Below are positions 63,788 through 64,000 of a stretch of DNA of 64,000 bases, one piece after another. The translations under genes and the position numbers were made by a program. Numbering within the stretch: the first letter of the stretch is position 1; each line of letters begins with the position of its first letter. The stretch comes from Stylophora pistillata (taxonomy: Eukaryota). The stretch is from contig NW_019217806.1 of assembly GCF_002571385.2 (NCBI RefSeq), positions 1,223,644 through 1,287,643 of the forward strand. The letters run 5' to 3'. The notes beneath the pieces were generated by a model. It had not been told where the DNA came from, made no database searches, and was given only the letters and a program-made list of their open reading frames with translations.

Positions 63788-64000
63788 CTTTAGATAGAAG
63801 AGGGGATAGCTTAAAGCAGTTTTAAATCACGTGTGAAACCATAGCAACCACTAATCAGAAGGAATCTCTTCAACACACAATAAACCAATAGGAAATCACG
63901 TGAAATACACCTGCGTTACGAGGCGCGAAAGTGCGCGAGATCAAACCACTTTTTCCATCTGATTGGCTGAAAACGCAGCGTCAGTTTTCTTTTCCAAAGG

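Overview
AT-rich, intron-dense animal genomic DNA, not prokaryotic. The repeat families and gene types point to a cnidarian, probably a stony coral (inference). Six spliced genes were assembled by hand from splice sites and frame continuity. (1) The last three exons of a ZnT/SLC30 zinc transporter, 738-2491 (+). (2-4) A tandem trio of related synaptotagmin-like membrane proteins on +: one with TM-C2A-C2B (6061-9307) and two with TM plus a single C2 domain (17620-20297 and 23758-27203). (5) A complete BAZ2A/B/toutatis-type chromatin gene with 38 coding exons and about 2074 aa (31156-57872, +; TAM/MBD, DDT, AT-hooks, WHIM, two PHD, bromodomain). (6) The 3' five exons of a convergent CHPF-like gene (63787-60696, -). 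Introns and spacers hold many MITEs, SINEs, LINE remnants, a Penelope remnant and hammerhead-type retro-repeats. The most interesting unexplained signals are the single-C2 synaptotagmin-like paralogues, a block of three duplicated frame-preserving BAZ2 exons flanked by unusually structured introns, an 85-nt intronic hairpin, and a nested insertion stack whose order can be read from target-site duplications. All gene models and RNA folds were done by eye and need computational and transcript confirmation.
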